A stretch of 64,000 nucleotides of DNA from Syntrophales bacterium (GTDB lineage Bacteria > Desulfobacterota > Syntrophia > Syntrophales > Fen-1087): contig JAXDBM010000078.1 of NCBI GenBank assembly GCA_034678725.1, forward strand, positions 5,730 to 69,729, in the 5' to 3' direction. A model generated the notes under the pieces. It did no database searches. It was not told where the DNA came from and worked only from the letters and a program-made list of their open reading frames with translations. The position numbers and the translations under genes are program-made. Positions 19,223 through 28,495 of this stretch are shown one piece after another (positions within the stretch are counted from its first letter, which is position 1; each line of letters starts with the position of its first letter).

Positions 19223-20050
19223 ATGAAGTCACAGCGCAGCAGGCCGGGCATCTTCAGCGCGCGGAGTCGGGAAGATGCCCGGGCCGAACTGGACATTTCG
19301 AAGCTGTCCCTGCATTTCGGCGGCGTCCGGGCGCTGCACGACATCGATCTGGCCGTGCGCACCGGTGAGCTGGTCGCGGTGATCGGTCCGAACGGCGCGG
19401 GCAAGACCAGCCTGCTGAACTGCATGACCGGTTTCTACTGGCCGCAGCAGGGCAGCATCCGTTTCAACGGCCGGGACATCACCCATCTGCCGTCCCACGA
19501 GCTGGTGCGGATCGGCATCGGGCGGACCTTTCAGAACATCGAGCTTTTTCCGGGCATGACGGTGCTGTCGAACATGCTGCTGGCGAGGCACATCCACTGC
19601 CGCTGCGGCCTGGGCGCCGCGGCGCTCTTTGCATCCTCCGCCCGGAAAGAGGAGATCCGGCACCGGCTCGTCCTGGAAGAGGTGATCGATTTTCTGGAGA
19701 TGCAGGCGATCCGCAAGAAAACGGTCGGATCGCTTCCCTACGGCCTGATGAAACGGGTCGAACTCGGACGCGCCCTGGCGCTGGAGCCGAAGCTCCTCGT
19801 CCTCGACGAGCCCTTTGCCGGCATGAACCTCGAAGAAAAGGAGGACATGGTCCGGTTTCTCATCGAGCTCAACGAGGCCTGGGGCCAGACCATGATCCTG
19901 GTGGAGCATGACATGTCCATTGTCATGAGCATCTCCCAGCGGATCATGGTCCTGAATTTCGGCGAGAAGCTGGCGGAGGGAACGCCCGAAGAAGTGCGGA
20001 ACCACCCGGAGGTGATCAAGGCCTACCTGGGTGACGCGGAATCCCTTTGA
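19223..20050 (+). CDS. LivG-type ABC ATP-binding protein
   Basis: FGGVRAL, GPNGAGKT, RTFQN, LPYG, LDEP, HPEVIKAYLG. Confidence 0.93.
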   Translation: MKSQRSRPGIFSARSREDARAELDISKLSLHFGGVRALHDIDLAVRTGELVAVIGPNGAGKTSLLNCMTGFYWPQQGSIRFNGRDITHLPSHELVRIGIGRTFQNIELFPGMTVLSNMLLARHIHCRCGLGAAALFASSARKEEIRHRLVLEEVIDFLEMQAIRKKTVGSLPYGLMKRVELGRALALEPKLLVLDEPFAGMNLEEKEDMVRFLIELNEAWGQTMILVEHDMSIVMSISQRIMVLNFGEKLAEGTPEEVRNHPEVIKAYLGDAESL

Positions 20051-20061
20051 AGAGGGCAGCG

Positions 20062-21966
20062 ATGACGGCGAATCCGGCAGAAAAAACACTTCCCCAGGTC
20101 CTGGCCCTGCAGGCCGAGCGCCTGGGCGCCGCGACGGCAATCCGCGAGAAGGCCCTCGGCATCTGGCAGCGATACTCCTGGGCGGACTATTTCCGCTACG
20201 TGAGGCATGTGGCCGCCGGCCTGATGTCACTCGGGCTGAAGCGCTGCGAACATGTCGGCCTCATCCTGAACAACCATCCGGAGTGGCTCTTCAGTGAACT
20301 GGGGGCCCAGTCTCTGGGCGCCGTGACGCTGAATCTGTTCACCTCCTCGATCACTGACGAGCTGTGCCTGGCCCTCAACCGGATTCAGGCGGCCTTTGTC
20401 TTCGTCCAGGACCAGGAACAGGTCGACAAGCTCCTGGACGCCCGCGACAGGCTCGCGCATGTCCGCCGCGTGATCTACATCGACCCCACCGGAATGCGGA
20501 CCTACGGGAGCGAGCCCTGGCTGATCGGATTCAGCGAGCTGGTCCGAATGGGAGAGGCGCTCGAACGGGAACACCCGGATCGCGTCCTGCAGGAGATTCA
20601 TAAGGGCGGCCGGGGCGACACCGCCCTCATGATCCTCACTTCCGGAACGACCGGGCTGCCCAAACTCGCCATGCTATCGCACCGGAACCTGACAGCCATC
20701 GCCGAGAGCTGGGTCGAGGCCATGGCCATTCAAGAGGGCGAAAACTGGATCTCCATGTCGCCGCCCGCCTGGATCGTGGACCAGATGTGGGGTGTCGGGG
20801 TCGCCCTGGTCGGCGGAATGACGATGAACTTTCCCGAAACTCCGGAGACCGTCACGGAGGATTTCCGTGAAATCGGTCCGTCCCTGCTCATCACCGCCTC
20901 CCGGTTCTGGGAGGACCTCGCTTCCCGGATCATGGTGAAGATGTCCGATGTGGGGATGGTCAAGCGGAAAATGTTCGGCCTCGCCGAGCGGATCGGCCGC
21001 AGGGTCGCAGAAAAGGAAACCCGGGGAGAAGCCGTCCCTTCCTCCCTGAAAGCCCTCCACCGGCTCGCTTCTCTGACGGTTTACCGGCCGCTGCTCGACC
21101 GGATCGGCTGCCTGAAGCTGCGCAGCGCATTCACCGGCGGCCATCCCATCAGCCCGGATGTGATCGGCTTTTTCAGAACCATCGGACTCAATCTCAAGCA
21201 GTGTTACGGTCTGACCGAAGCCGGCGGCATTTTTCAGATCCAGCCGGACGATCAGGTGAAGCTGGAGACCGTGGGCAAGCCCCTGCCGGGGACCCTCGTC
21301 CGGCTTTCGGAAGACCAGGAGGTCCTGGTGCGCAGCGACGCCGTGTTCGCCGGCTATTATCAGGACTTCAAGTCGACGGAGGCCGCATTCGCCGACGGCT
21401 GGCTGCGAACGGGCGACGCCGGCTATCTGGACCGGGACGGCCATCTGCTGATCATCGGGCGCAAGGAGGAAATTATCCGCAACAAGAGCGGGGAGGCCTT
21501 TTCACCGGACTTCATCGAAACCCGCCTGAAGTTCAGCCCCTACATCAAGGAGGCAGTGGTTTTCGGCGAGGGGCGCCCCTTCCTCACGCTGATGGTCAAC
21601 ATCGATTTCGGAAACGTCGGCGTCTGGGCGGAGGAGCGGATGATCCCTTATACGACCTACATGGACCTGTCCCAGCAACCGGCCGTGGAAGAGCTGATTC
21701 TGGGCGAGATTCAGCGGATCAACGCGCAACTGCCGGACATCATGAAAATCCGGAAGTTCTTCCTCCTCTACAAGCTTCTGGACGCCGACGACGAGGAGTT
21801 GACCCGCACCGGCAAGGTGAGGCGGCGCTTTGTCTACGGCCTTTACATCAAGCTGATCGAGGCCATGTACCGGGACCAGTGGGAGGTCGAGGTCAAGGCG
21901 AAGGTCCAGTACCGGGACGGACAGGTCGGCAAGGTGGAAACCAAGGTGAAAATCATACCGGTTTAA
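20062..21966 (+). CDS. AMP-dependent acyl-CoA synthetase (long-chain fatty acid-CoA ligase family)
   Basis: TSGTTGLPK, YGLTE, TVGKP, WLRTGD, IIGRKEE, ELTRTGKVRR. Confidence 0.92.
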   Translation: MTANPAEKTLPQVLALQAERLGAATAIREKALGIWQRYSWADYFRYVRHVAAGLMSLGLKRCEHVGLILNNHPEWLFSELGAQSLGAVTLNLFTSSITDELCLALNRIQAAFVFVQDQEQVDKLLDARDRLAHVRRVIYIDPTGMRTYGSEPWLIGFSELVRMGEALEREHPDRVLQEIHKGGRGDTALMILTSGTTGLPKLAMLSHRNLTAIAESWVEAMAIQEGENWISMSPPAWIVDQMWGVGVALVGGMTMNFPETPETVTEDFREIGPSLLITASRFWEDLASRIMVKMSDVGMVKRKMFGLAERIGRRVAEKETRGEAVPSSLKALHRLASLTVYRPLLDRIGCLKLRSAFTGGHPISPDVIGFFRTIGLNLKQCYGLTEAGGIFQIQPDDQVKLETVGKPLPGTLVRLSEDQEVLVRSDAVFAGYYQDFKSTEAAFADGWLRTGDAGYLDRDGHLLIIGRKEEIIRNKSGEAFSPDFIETRLKFSPYIKEAVVFGEGRPFLTLMVNIDFGNVGVWAEERMIPYTTYMDLSQQPAVEELILGEIQRINAQLPDIMKIRKFFLLYKLLDADDEELTRTGKVRRRFVYGLYIKLIEAMYRDQWEVEVKAKVQYRDGQVGKVETKVKIIPV

Positions 21967-21979
21967 GGAGATTTTTCGA

Positions 21980-22858
21980 ATGGACTTTTTCGTTCAACTG
22001 CTCGTCAACGGCATCAGCATCGGTCTGCTCTACGGCCTGTCCGCGATGGGCTTCGTCATGATCTTCAAATCGTCCAGCGTCCTGAATTTCGCCCACGGGG
22101 AACTCCTCGCCTTCGGGGCTTTTCTGTTCCTGGCCATGGTCTCCTGGGCCGGACTGCCCCTGCCGGTGGCCTTTCTGGTAACGCTGGCCGGCTGTTTCTC
22201 GCTGGGGTTCCTCGTGGAGCGCGTCTTCCTGCGCCCCCTCATCGGCGAACCCCTGATTTTCGTGATCATGCTGACCGTCGGCCTGGCCTCGATGTTCAAG
22301 GGGCTGCTCCTGCTGGTGTGGGGCGGCAACCTCCAGACCTATCCGGACTTTCTGCCGGAGGCGCTCGGCATCCGCTGGGGCGCCATCCAGGTTCCGCCCG
22401 TCTACGTGGCCGCGCTGTTCATCGGGATGATCTTTCTGTGCCTGTTCGGCCTGTTCTTCAAATACTCCTCCCAAGGCATCTACATGCGCTCGGTGGCGGA
22501 CAACCAGAAAGCCGCCCTTTCCCTGGGGGTCCACGTCAAACGGGTCTTCGCGCTCTCCTGGGCCATCGCCGCACTGGTGGCCGGAATGAGCGGCATCGTT
22601 CTGGGCATCATCAATGGCATCAACGTGCACGACCTGAGCGCCATCGGCCTCAAGGTCTTCCCTGTGGTGATCCTGGGCGGGCTGGATTCCATTGGCGGAG
22701 CCATCATCGGAGGCATTATCATCGGCCTGCTGGAGACCTTCACGGGCGGCTACCTGTCGCCATCACTCCGCGATGTGGTTCCCTACATCGTCCTGGTGCT
22801 GATTCTGCTGGTGAAACCCTACGGCCTCTTCGGCCTGAAAGAGATCGAGCGGGTGTGA
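21980..22858 (+). CDS. LivH-type ABC permease
   Basis: NGISIGLLYGL, VLNFAHG, SVADN..AALSLG, LGGLDSI. Confidence 0.93.
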   Translation: MDFFVQLLVNGISIGLLYGLSAMGFVMIFKSSSVLNFAHGELLAFGAFLFLAMVSWAGLPLPVAFLVTLAGCFSLGFLVERVFLRPLIGEPLIFVIMLTVGLASMFKGLLLLVWGGNLQTYPDFLPEALGIRWGAIQVPPVYVAALFIGMIFLCLFGLFFKYSSQGIYMRSVADNQKAALSLGVHVKRVFALSWAIAALVAGMSGIVLGIINGINVHDLSAIGLKVFPVVILGGLDSIGGAIIGGIIIGLLETFTGGYLSPSLRDVVPYIVLVLILLVKPYGLFGLKEIERV

Positions 22859-22860
22859 AC

Positions 22861-23931
22861 ATGCGAAAACCGAGATTCCACCCTTGCGGAAATTACCGGG
22901 AAGACTACCGGGAAGAGCTGACGGTCTTCGAGACGGACTTCGGCCGCCTCTGGCTGGGCATCGGCCTTGCCTTCCTGTTTCTGGTTCTGCCCTGGGTCGT
23001 GACACCCTACATGGTCTACGTTCTGAACATGATCGGCATTGCCGCGATTGCCGCGATCGGCCTGAACATTCTGATCGGATACACCGGACAGATCTCTCTC
23101 GGTCACGGCGCCTTTTTCGGCGTCGGCGCCTACGCGGCGGGAATCCTGGCCACTTCGGCGGATCTGCCCTTCGTCCTGGTCGTGCCGGCCGCCGCCGCCG
23201 TGACGTCTCTGGTGGGGATGATCTTCGGGATTCCCTCAGTCCGCCTGAAGGGCCTCTACCTGACCATTGCCACCCTGGCCGGACAGTTCATCGTGGAGTA
23301 CATCCTGCTGCACTGGGAAGGTTTGACAAAGGGCACGATGGGGATCACGCTGCCGAAGGCCTCCCTGCTCGGATGGGAGATGGGCGGCGACCGGGGCTTC
23401 TTCTTCGTCATCTTCATCTGCCTGATCGGAATGACCTGGCTTGCGGTCAACCTCATCCGCACGAAGTACGGCAGGGCTTTCATCGCGATCCGGGACAACG
23501 ACCGGGCGGCCGAGGGAATGGGCATCCCCATCTTCCGCTACAAGCTGCTTTCCTTTGCCATCAGCTCCTTCTACGCCGGATTTGCCGGCGCCCTCTGGGC
23601 GTATTACATGGTGAGCATCACCACGGAGCCTTTCAACCTCGGCCTTTCCGTCGAATACATCGCCATGGTGATCATCGGCGGAATGGGAAATATCTCCGGC
23701 TCGATCTTCGGCGCCGTCTTCATCACCGGCCTGAACGAACTGCTGCGCTGGGCGACGGACGCGCTGATGAACATGGGGGTGTTCACAAGCACCGGCCTGA
23801 ACATGGCGCCGCTTCGCGAATTCGCCTTCGGAGCCGCGATCGTGCTTTTCATTCTCTTCGAACCCCGGGGGCTGGCGGAGGTTTGGCGGATCGTCCGCTC
23901 GAGCTTCCGGCTCTGGCCTTTTTCATACTGA
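22861..23931 (+). CDS. LivM-type ABC permease
   Basis: GLNILIGYTGQISLGHG, GRAFIAIRDND.AA..MGI, YKLLSF. Confidence 0.93.
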   Translation: MRKPRFHPCGNYREDYREELTVFETDFGRLWLGIGLAFLFLVLPWVVTPYMVYVLNMIGIAAIAAIGLNILIGYTGQISLGHGAFFGVGAYAAGILATSADLPFVLVVPAAAAVTSLVGMIFGIPSVRLKGLYLTIATLAGQFIVEYILLHWEGLTKGTMGITLPKASLLGWEMGGDRGFFFVIFICLIGMTWLAVNLIRTKYGRAFIAIRDNDRAAEGMGIPIFRYKLLSFAISSFYAGFAGALWAYYMVSITTEPFNLGLSVEYIAMVIIGGMGNISGSIFGAVFITGLNELLRWATDALMNMGVFTSTGLNMAPLREFAFGAAIVLFILFEPRGLAEVWRIVRSSFRLWPFSY

Positions 23932-23943
23932 AGGAGTCTGGCG

Positions 23944-24744
23944 ATGCGGGATGTCCTGCTGCAGGTGAATAACATATCCGTCGTTTATTCCGACGTCATC
24001 CAGGTCCTCAAGGGGGTGTCCCTGGCGGTGGAAAGGAAACACATCGTTTCGCTGCTTGGCAGTAATGGCGCCGGCAAGACGACGACGCTGAAGGCCATTT
24101 CCGGACTGCTCAAACCTGAAAACGGCGAGGTGACGGACGGCTCGATCCTCCACAGCGGCAAACCCATCCACAACCAGCCTCCCGAGACCATCACCCGGCT
24201 GGGCATCATTCAGGTCCTCGAGGGCCGCCAGCCGTTCAAGTACCTGACCATCGAAGAGAACCTGAGGGTGGGGACGGCCACCCGCTGGGGCAAGGCCTAC
24301 AAGGAGGACCTGGAGCTGGTGTACGGATATTTTCCCGCCCTGCTGAAACGAAGGAAAGCGTTGGCCGGCTACTGCAGCGGCGGAGAGCTGCAGATGCTCG
24401 TGATCGGCCGTGCCCTGATGGCCCACCCGCAGCTTCTCCTGCTGGATGAGCCGTCGCTGGGTCTGGCGCCGCTGGTCGTCAGCGAAATCTTTCGGATCAT
24501 TCGGCGGATCAACGAAGAGCAGGGGACGACCATTGTCCTCGTCGAGCAGAACGCCCGCATGGCCCTTCAGATCGCCCACTACGGGTACGTGATGGAAAAC
24601 GGCAAGATCGTCATGGAGGGCCCGGCTGAAGACCTGGTTGAAAATCCCGATATCAAGGAATTCTACCTGGGCATGGCCGCCTCCGGCGCCGCAAAATCCT
24701 ACCGGGACGTCAAATCCTACCGGCGCCGCAAGCGCTGGCTGTGA
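23944..24744 (+). CDS. LivF-type ABC ATP-binding protein
   Basis: GSNGAGKTT, SGGELQM, LDEPSLGLAP, VEQNA. Confidence 0.93.
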   Translation: MRDVLLQVNNISVVYSDVIQVLKGVSLAVERKHIVSLLGSNGAGKTTTLKAISGLLKPENGEVTDGSILHSGKPIHNQPPETITRLGIIQVLEGRQPFKYLTIEENLRVGTATRWGKAYKEDLELVYGYFPALLKRRKALAGYCSGGELQMLVIGRALMAHPQLLLLDEPSLGLAPLVVSEIFRIIRRINEEQGTTIVLVEQNARMALQIAHYGYVMENGKIVMEGPAEDLVENPDIKEFYLGMAASGAAKSYRDVKSYRRRKRWL

Positions 24745-24891
24745 CGATGAACAAATCATTCAACGAACCGTAACATTTTATTCAAATCCCGGGCCTTCCG
24801 AACCATCCGCTTCTTTCTCCATCCATCCTTCAAAAAATAAATAACCAGTAATATCAATATGATATAAAATATATTCCCGGGGCATCCCTTT

Positions 24892-24908
24892 TTGGCACGT
24901 TTATTTCA
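24892..24908 (+). promoter_or_regulatory. Candidate sigma54 promoter with a non-canonical -12 element
   Basis: TTGGCACG-TTTA-TTTCA (GG-N10-TC instead of GC), preceded by an AT-rich tract with an IHF-like TATCAATATGATA. Confidence 0.35.
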
Positions 24909-24962
24909 TATCTATCTGTTAAAAGAAACAATCAAACACCCAGACAAAGGAGGAAATAGATC

Positions 24963-25238
24963 ATGAAAAAGAATCTCGCAACCCTGGTGATGGCAGCGGC
25001 GGTGGTTTTGATCACGGCAGGTTTCAGCTTCGCGGAATATACTGCGGGCGGTGCGGACAACTTCCCTTATTTTCAGCTTGGGTGCCTGATCATCGGCGGG
25101 CTCATCATGATGTCCCTGAAATACAAGTACAACAAGATCTACACCAGCGAAGTCGTCGGCGCCTTCGCCCTCTACACACTCTACATCTCTCTGTTCACCT
25201 CGCCGGTGCTGGAAGCCGTGAAAAACTGGCTGAGCTGA
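24963..25238 (+). CDS. Small membrane protein (signal peptide + 2 TM), unknown function
   Basis: Strong AAAGGAGG RBS; cleavable-type signal peptide ending in SFA; own terminator downstream. Confidence 0.8.
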   Translation: MKKNLATLVMAAAVVLITAGFSFAEYTAGGADNFPYFQLGCLIIGGLIMMSLKYKYNKIYTSEVVGAFALYTLYISLFTSPVLEAVKNWLS

Positions 25239-25273
25239 AAAAACCGCGTGATAATCAGAAACCCGGAATCCGC

Positions 25274-25301
25274 GAAGGCGGGGGCATCCCCCGCCTTCTT
25301 T
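25274..25301 (+). terminator. Intrinsic terminator
   Basis: GAAGGCGGGGG/CCCCCGCCTTC 11-bp stem followed by TTT. Confidence 0.75.
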
Positions 25302-25487
25302 GTCATCCCTTCTTTTTGAAGCCATCGCCCAACCTGCCAGCGATATTTCCGGATCCGCTTTGCTCGTTTCTCGCTCCAGTACATTCCTATCAATTCACTT
25401 CACGCTCACCGATTGTTTGAACCCTGTCGCCAGACATTCCACATCCGCCTGCGGGGCTAATTTGTGCGGGCCGGAATTTGAAATCCA

Positions 25488-25516
25488 TTGACACGAACCG
25501 ATCTTCTTTTTATACT
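25488..25516 (+). promoter_or_regulatory. Near-consensus sigma70 promoter of the CoA-transferase gene
   Basis: TTGACA-N17-TATACT. Confidence 0.7.
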
Positions 25517-25560
25517 CTAGCGCCTGAATGCCGGTTTCTGTCGAAGGCGGTGTCTTATCG

Positions 25561-25578
25561 TGAGCGGATTTCCGCTCA
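25561..25578. promoter_or_regulatory. Perfect palindrome, candidate operator
   Basis: TGAGCGGA-TT-TCCGCTCA, about 40 nt downstream of the predicted TSS. Confidence 0.5.
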
Positions 25579-25788
25579 TCATGCACGTTAAACATCCAAC
25601 CGATTCATAACCGAAAGAACAAAGACTCAGAAAGGGAAGGGGGTGAACAGAACGAGCGTTCGAGCGGCTTTTCCGGTGAACCGGACGCAGGGCAGCTTCT
25701 GTTGGGATTGAGATTGCGTCCCGCTTCCTCGTCGCCGCGGAAAGCCGAAAGGGGTGTCTTTTTTGACGCAGGAAAAAAGGAGGGGAGA

Positions 25789-27120
25789 ATGAGTTGGAAA
25801 GAGATTTATCAGAGCAGGTTGATGTCCGCCCAGGATGCCGCAAAGATCATCCAGTCCGGAGACCGTTTCTGGACGCCGCTGTGTCTGGGACAGCCGTCCA
25901 TGCTGATCATGGACCTGATCGCCGACCGGGTCGATGAGCTCAAGGACGTCGAGTACATGAATGCACTCACGCTGCGGCCATACAAAATCTTCAAACCGGA
26001 GTACCGGAAAACCTTCAGTGTGGTATTTGGATTCTACAGCTCTCCCCATTTACAGCAGATCGCAAAAAGCGAGTGGGCCAACTTCATCCCGGCCCAGAGC
26101 TCCGACGTGTCCCTGAAAAACGCGGCCCGGAACCGAGCATACCCCCGCCGGACCGGAATCATCACACAGGTCACGCCGCCGGACAGCCACGGCTATGTCA
26201 GCCTCGGCCTCGATACTTTCTACACCGGCCGCATCATGGACCAGAGCGATTTCATCATTGCCGAGGTAAACGACCAGATGCCCCGCACCTACGGGGACAC
26301 GAACTTTCATGTCTCCCGCTTCACCGCTTTCTTCGAGAATTCCAGCCCACTGCCGGCCGTGCCGACACCGCCAGCGTCGGACGTGGAAATCCAGATGGCG
26401 AAAAACGTCGTCGGCCTGATGAAGGACCGGGACTGCTTCCAGGTAGGCATCGGAGCGATCCCGGCCATGATCAGCAAGCTCCTCCAGGACAGCAATCTGA
26501 AGGACCTGGGCATTCACACGGAGATGGCGCCGGCGGGGACCAATATCCTCGTGGATAAGGGGATCGTCACCTGCAAACACAAGAAGGTCAATCCCGGCAA
26601 GATCCTCCTGGCCTTCACCATGGGCGACAAAGAACTCTACGAGTGGCTGGCCAACAATCCCATGTGCGAGTGGCGTTCCACGCTTTACGCCAACAACATC
26701 AGCATCATCTCCCAGGAGGAGAATCTCGTGGCCATCAACGGCTCCCTGGAAGTGGACCTGACGGGGCAGATCTGCTCCGAGTCGCATGGCAACATCATGC
26801 GGACGGGCACCGGAGGGCAGCTCGACTTCGTCATCGGCGCTTTCTGGTCTCCCGGGGGGAGAGCGATCAACCTCGTTCCTTCGACCGCCCTGGACGACAG
26901 CGTCTCCCGCATCGTTCCCTATCTGTCCAACGGTGCCCGGGTGACCGTGCCCCGCCACTACGCCCAGTACATCGTCACCGAGTACGGCGTCGCCGACCTC
27001 ACCGGCAGGACGGAGCCGGAGCGAGCCGAGGCCCTCATCCAGATTGCCCATCCCAAGTTCCGGGAAGAGCTGGAGAAGGGCGCAAGGGAGCGGGGCCTTC
27101 TTAGGAAAAAAACATTCTGA
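25789..27120 (+). CDS. Acetyl-CoA hydrolase/CoA-transferase family protein (4-hydroxybutyrate CoA-transferase-like)
   Basis: FQVGIGAIP, GIHTEM, INGSLEVDLTGQICSES, GTGGQLDF, IVTEYGVADL, LIQIAHPKFR; GGAGG RBS. Confidence 0.92.
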   Translation: MSWKEIYQSRLMSAQDAAKIIQSGDRFWTPLCLGQPSMLIMDLIADRVDELKDVEYMNALTLRPYKIFKPEYRKTFSVVFGFYSSPHLQQIAKSEWANFIPAQSSDVSLKNAARNRAYPRRTGIITQVTPPDSHGYVSLGLDTFYTGRIMDQSDFIIAEVNDQMPRTYGDTNFHVSRFTAFFENSSPLPAVPTPPASDVEIQMAKNVVGLMKDRDCFQVGIGAIPAMISKLLQDSNLKDLGIHTEMAPAGTNILVDKGIVTCKHKKVNPGKILLAFTMGDKELYEWLANNPMCEWRSTLYANNISIISQEENLVAINGSLEVDLTGQICSESHGNIMRTGTGGQLDFVIGAFWSPGGRAINLVPSTALDDSVSRIVPYLSNGARVTVPRHYAQYIVTEYGVADLTGRTEPERAEALIQIAHPKFREELEKGARERGLLRKKTF

Positions 27121-27145
27121 TCCGTTGACCGCTCCAACGATTTTC

Positions 27146-27188
27146 GGGCCGGACAGGCTGAAGGCAGCATCGCCGGACTGTCCGGCCC
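27146..27188. repeat. GC-rich branched inverted repeat between the CoA-transferase and MFS genes
   Basis: GGGCCGGACAG/CTGTCCGGCCC 11-bp stem enclosing a GCTG/CAGC mini-hairpin; no U-tract. Confidence 0.6.
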
Positions 27189-27250
27189 CTTCAAGAACCG
27201 GCAGCGGAGATCAACACGCGACACCGGAAAACCGACCGGAGTGAAGCCTG

Positions 27251-28438
27251 ATGAGCGGCACGGAGGAAAAAGGGGTATACCGCGCCCTCTTCATCGTGAA
27301 CTTCCTGGCCTGCCTCGGCTTCGGCATCGCGGACCCCTTTTTCCCGGTCTATGCCACGTCCAACGGCGCCGCGGGCATTCATCTGGCCCTCATCTTCTCC
27401 GGTTTTGCCGCCGCCAAGACCCTCTTCTCGCCCCTGACGGGCTGGTGGTCCGACCGCATCGGCAGGCGGCGCCTTCTCGTGATCGGCCTGTTCGCACACG
27501 CTGCCATCGCGATCGGATATCTCTGCCTGCCGTCGCCCTCGTCTCTGATCCTCCTGAGATTCCTGCAGGGCATCGCGGCGGCCCTCGTCCGGCCCGTTTC
27601 GCTCGCTTACATCGGCGACATGGCCCCGGCCCGGCATGAGGGAACCGCCATGGGAACTTTCGACATTTCCTACTACGCGGCTCTCGCCATCGGTCCGGTG
27701 GCGGGCGGGATCGTCAAGGACACGTTCGGCTTCCCCGGGATCTTCATCTGCCTCTCGGCCCTCTGCATGCTCGCATTTCTGACAGCCCTGGTTTTCGTGA
27801 GGCATTTCGGCAAGAACAGGGTAAGCGAAATCAGAACACTCCGGGTCGATCTGTCCGTGCTGAAAAAAAGCGGGACCCTCATCGCGCTGTGCGGATTCAT
27901 CTTTTCGAGGACCTTCGGGATTGTCTATTTCGGGATGTTCCTGCCCATTTTCATGTTTGAGAACCTGCGTCTCACCGGGATCGAGATGGGGGTGGTGATG
28001 GGCGCCAACACGATCGTGACGGCGCTGATGCTCCGTCCCATGGGGCTCCTGTCCGACCGCGTCGCGCGGGACCGCCTGATCCTGACCGGCGGCACGGCCG
28101 CCGCATTGCTCACGGCCTTCCTGCCTCTGTCCGAAACGTTTCCACACATTCTTTTCCTGAGCATCGGCATCGGATTTGCGAGCGTTCTGTCCCTGCCCGC
28201 GAGTTCGGCCCTGCTGGTCGAAGAGGGGAACCGGCAGGGCATGGGGCTGACCATGGGCATCTTCAACGCCGCGATGAATCTGGGGGCCGTTCTCGCGCCG
28301 CTGGCCGGCGGCATCCTGTTCAGCCTGTTCGGGATGAAGGCCGTCTTTTATGGCGCGGGGTTTCTGGGCTTGGGGGGAGTATGCTTCTACCATCTGGCGA
28401 GAAACACGCGGAAGGGCGACAGCGGCCAGGGATCCTGA
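27251..28438 (+). CDS. MFS transporter (12 TM)
   Basis: Motif A GWWSDRIGRR and LSDRVARD in the second half; GPVAGG motif. Confidence 0.92.
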   Translation: MSGTEEKGVYRALFIVNFLACLGFGIADPFFPVYATSNGAAGIHLALIFSGFAAAKTLFSPLTGWWSDRIGRRRLLVIGLFAHAAIAIGYLCLPSPSSLILLRFLQGIAAALVRPVSLAYIGDMAPARHEGTAMGTFDISYYAALAIGPVAGGIVKDTFGFPGIFICLSALCMLAFLTALVFVRHFGKNRVSEIRTLRVDLSVLKKSGTLIALCGFIFSRTFGIVYFGMFLPIFMFENLRLTGIEMGVVMGANTIVTALMLRPMGLLSDRVARDRLILTGGTAAALLTAFLPLSETFPHILFLSIGIGFASVLSLPASSALLVEEGNRQGMGLTMGIFNAAMNLGAVLAPLAGGILFSLFGMKAVFYGAGFLGLGGVCFYHLARNTRKGDSGQGS

Positions 28439-28495
28439 ATCCTCGCGTGGTCGTCCCGCACCGCAAAATTCGGTGCGGTCGCGGATCTCCCGGTC

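Noticed and set aside
25690-25760. GGGACGCAA on the minus strand, reminiscent of a c-di-GMP-I riboswitch
   Set aside because: It lacks the upstream GGCAAA/GNRA stem and the tetraloop receptor, and it points away from the adjacent gene.
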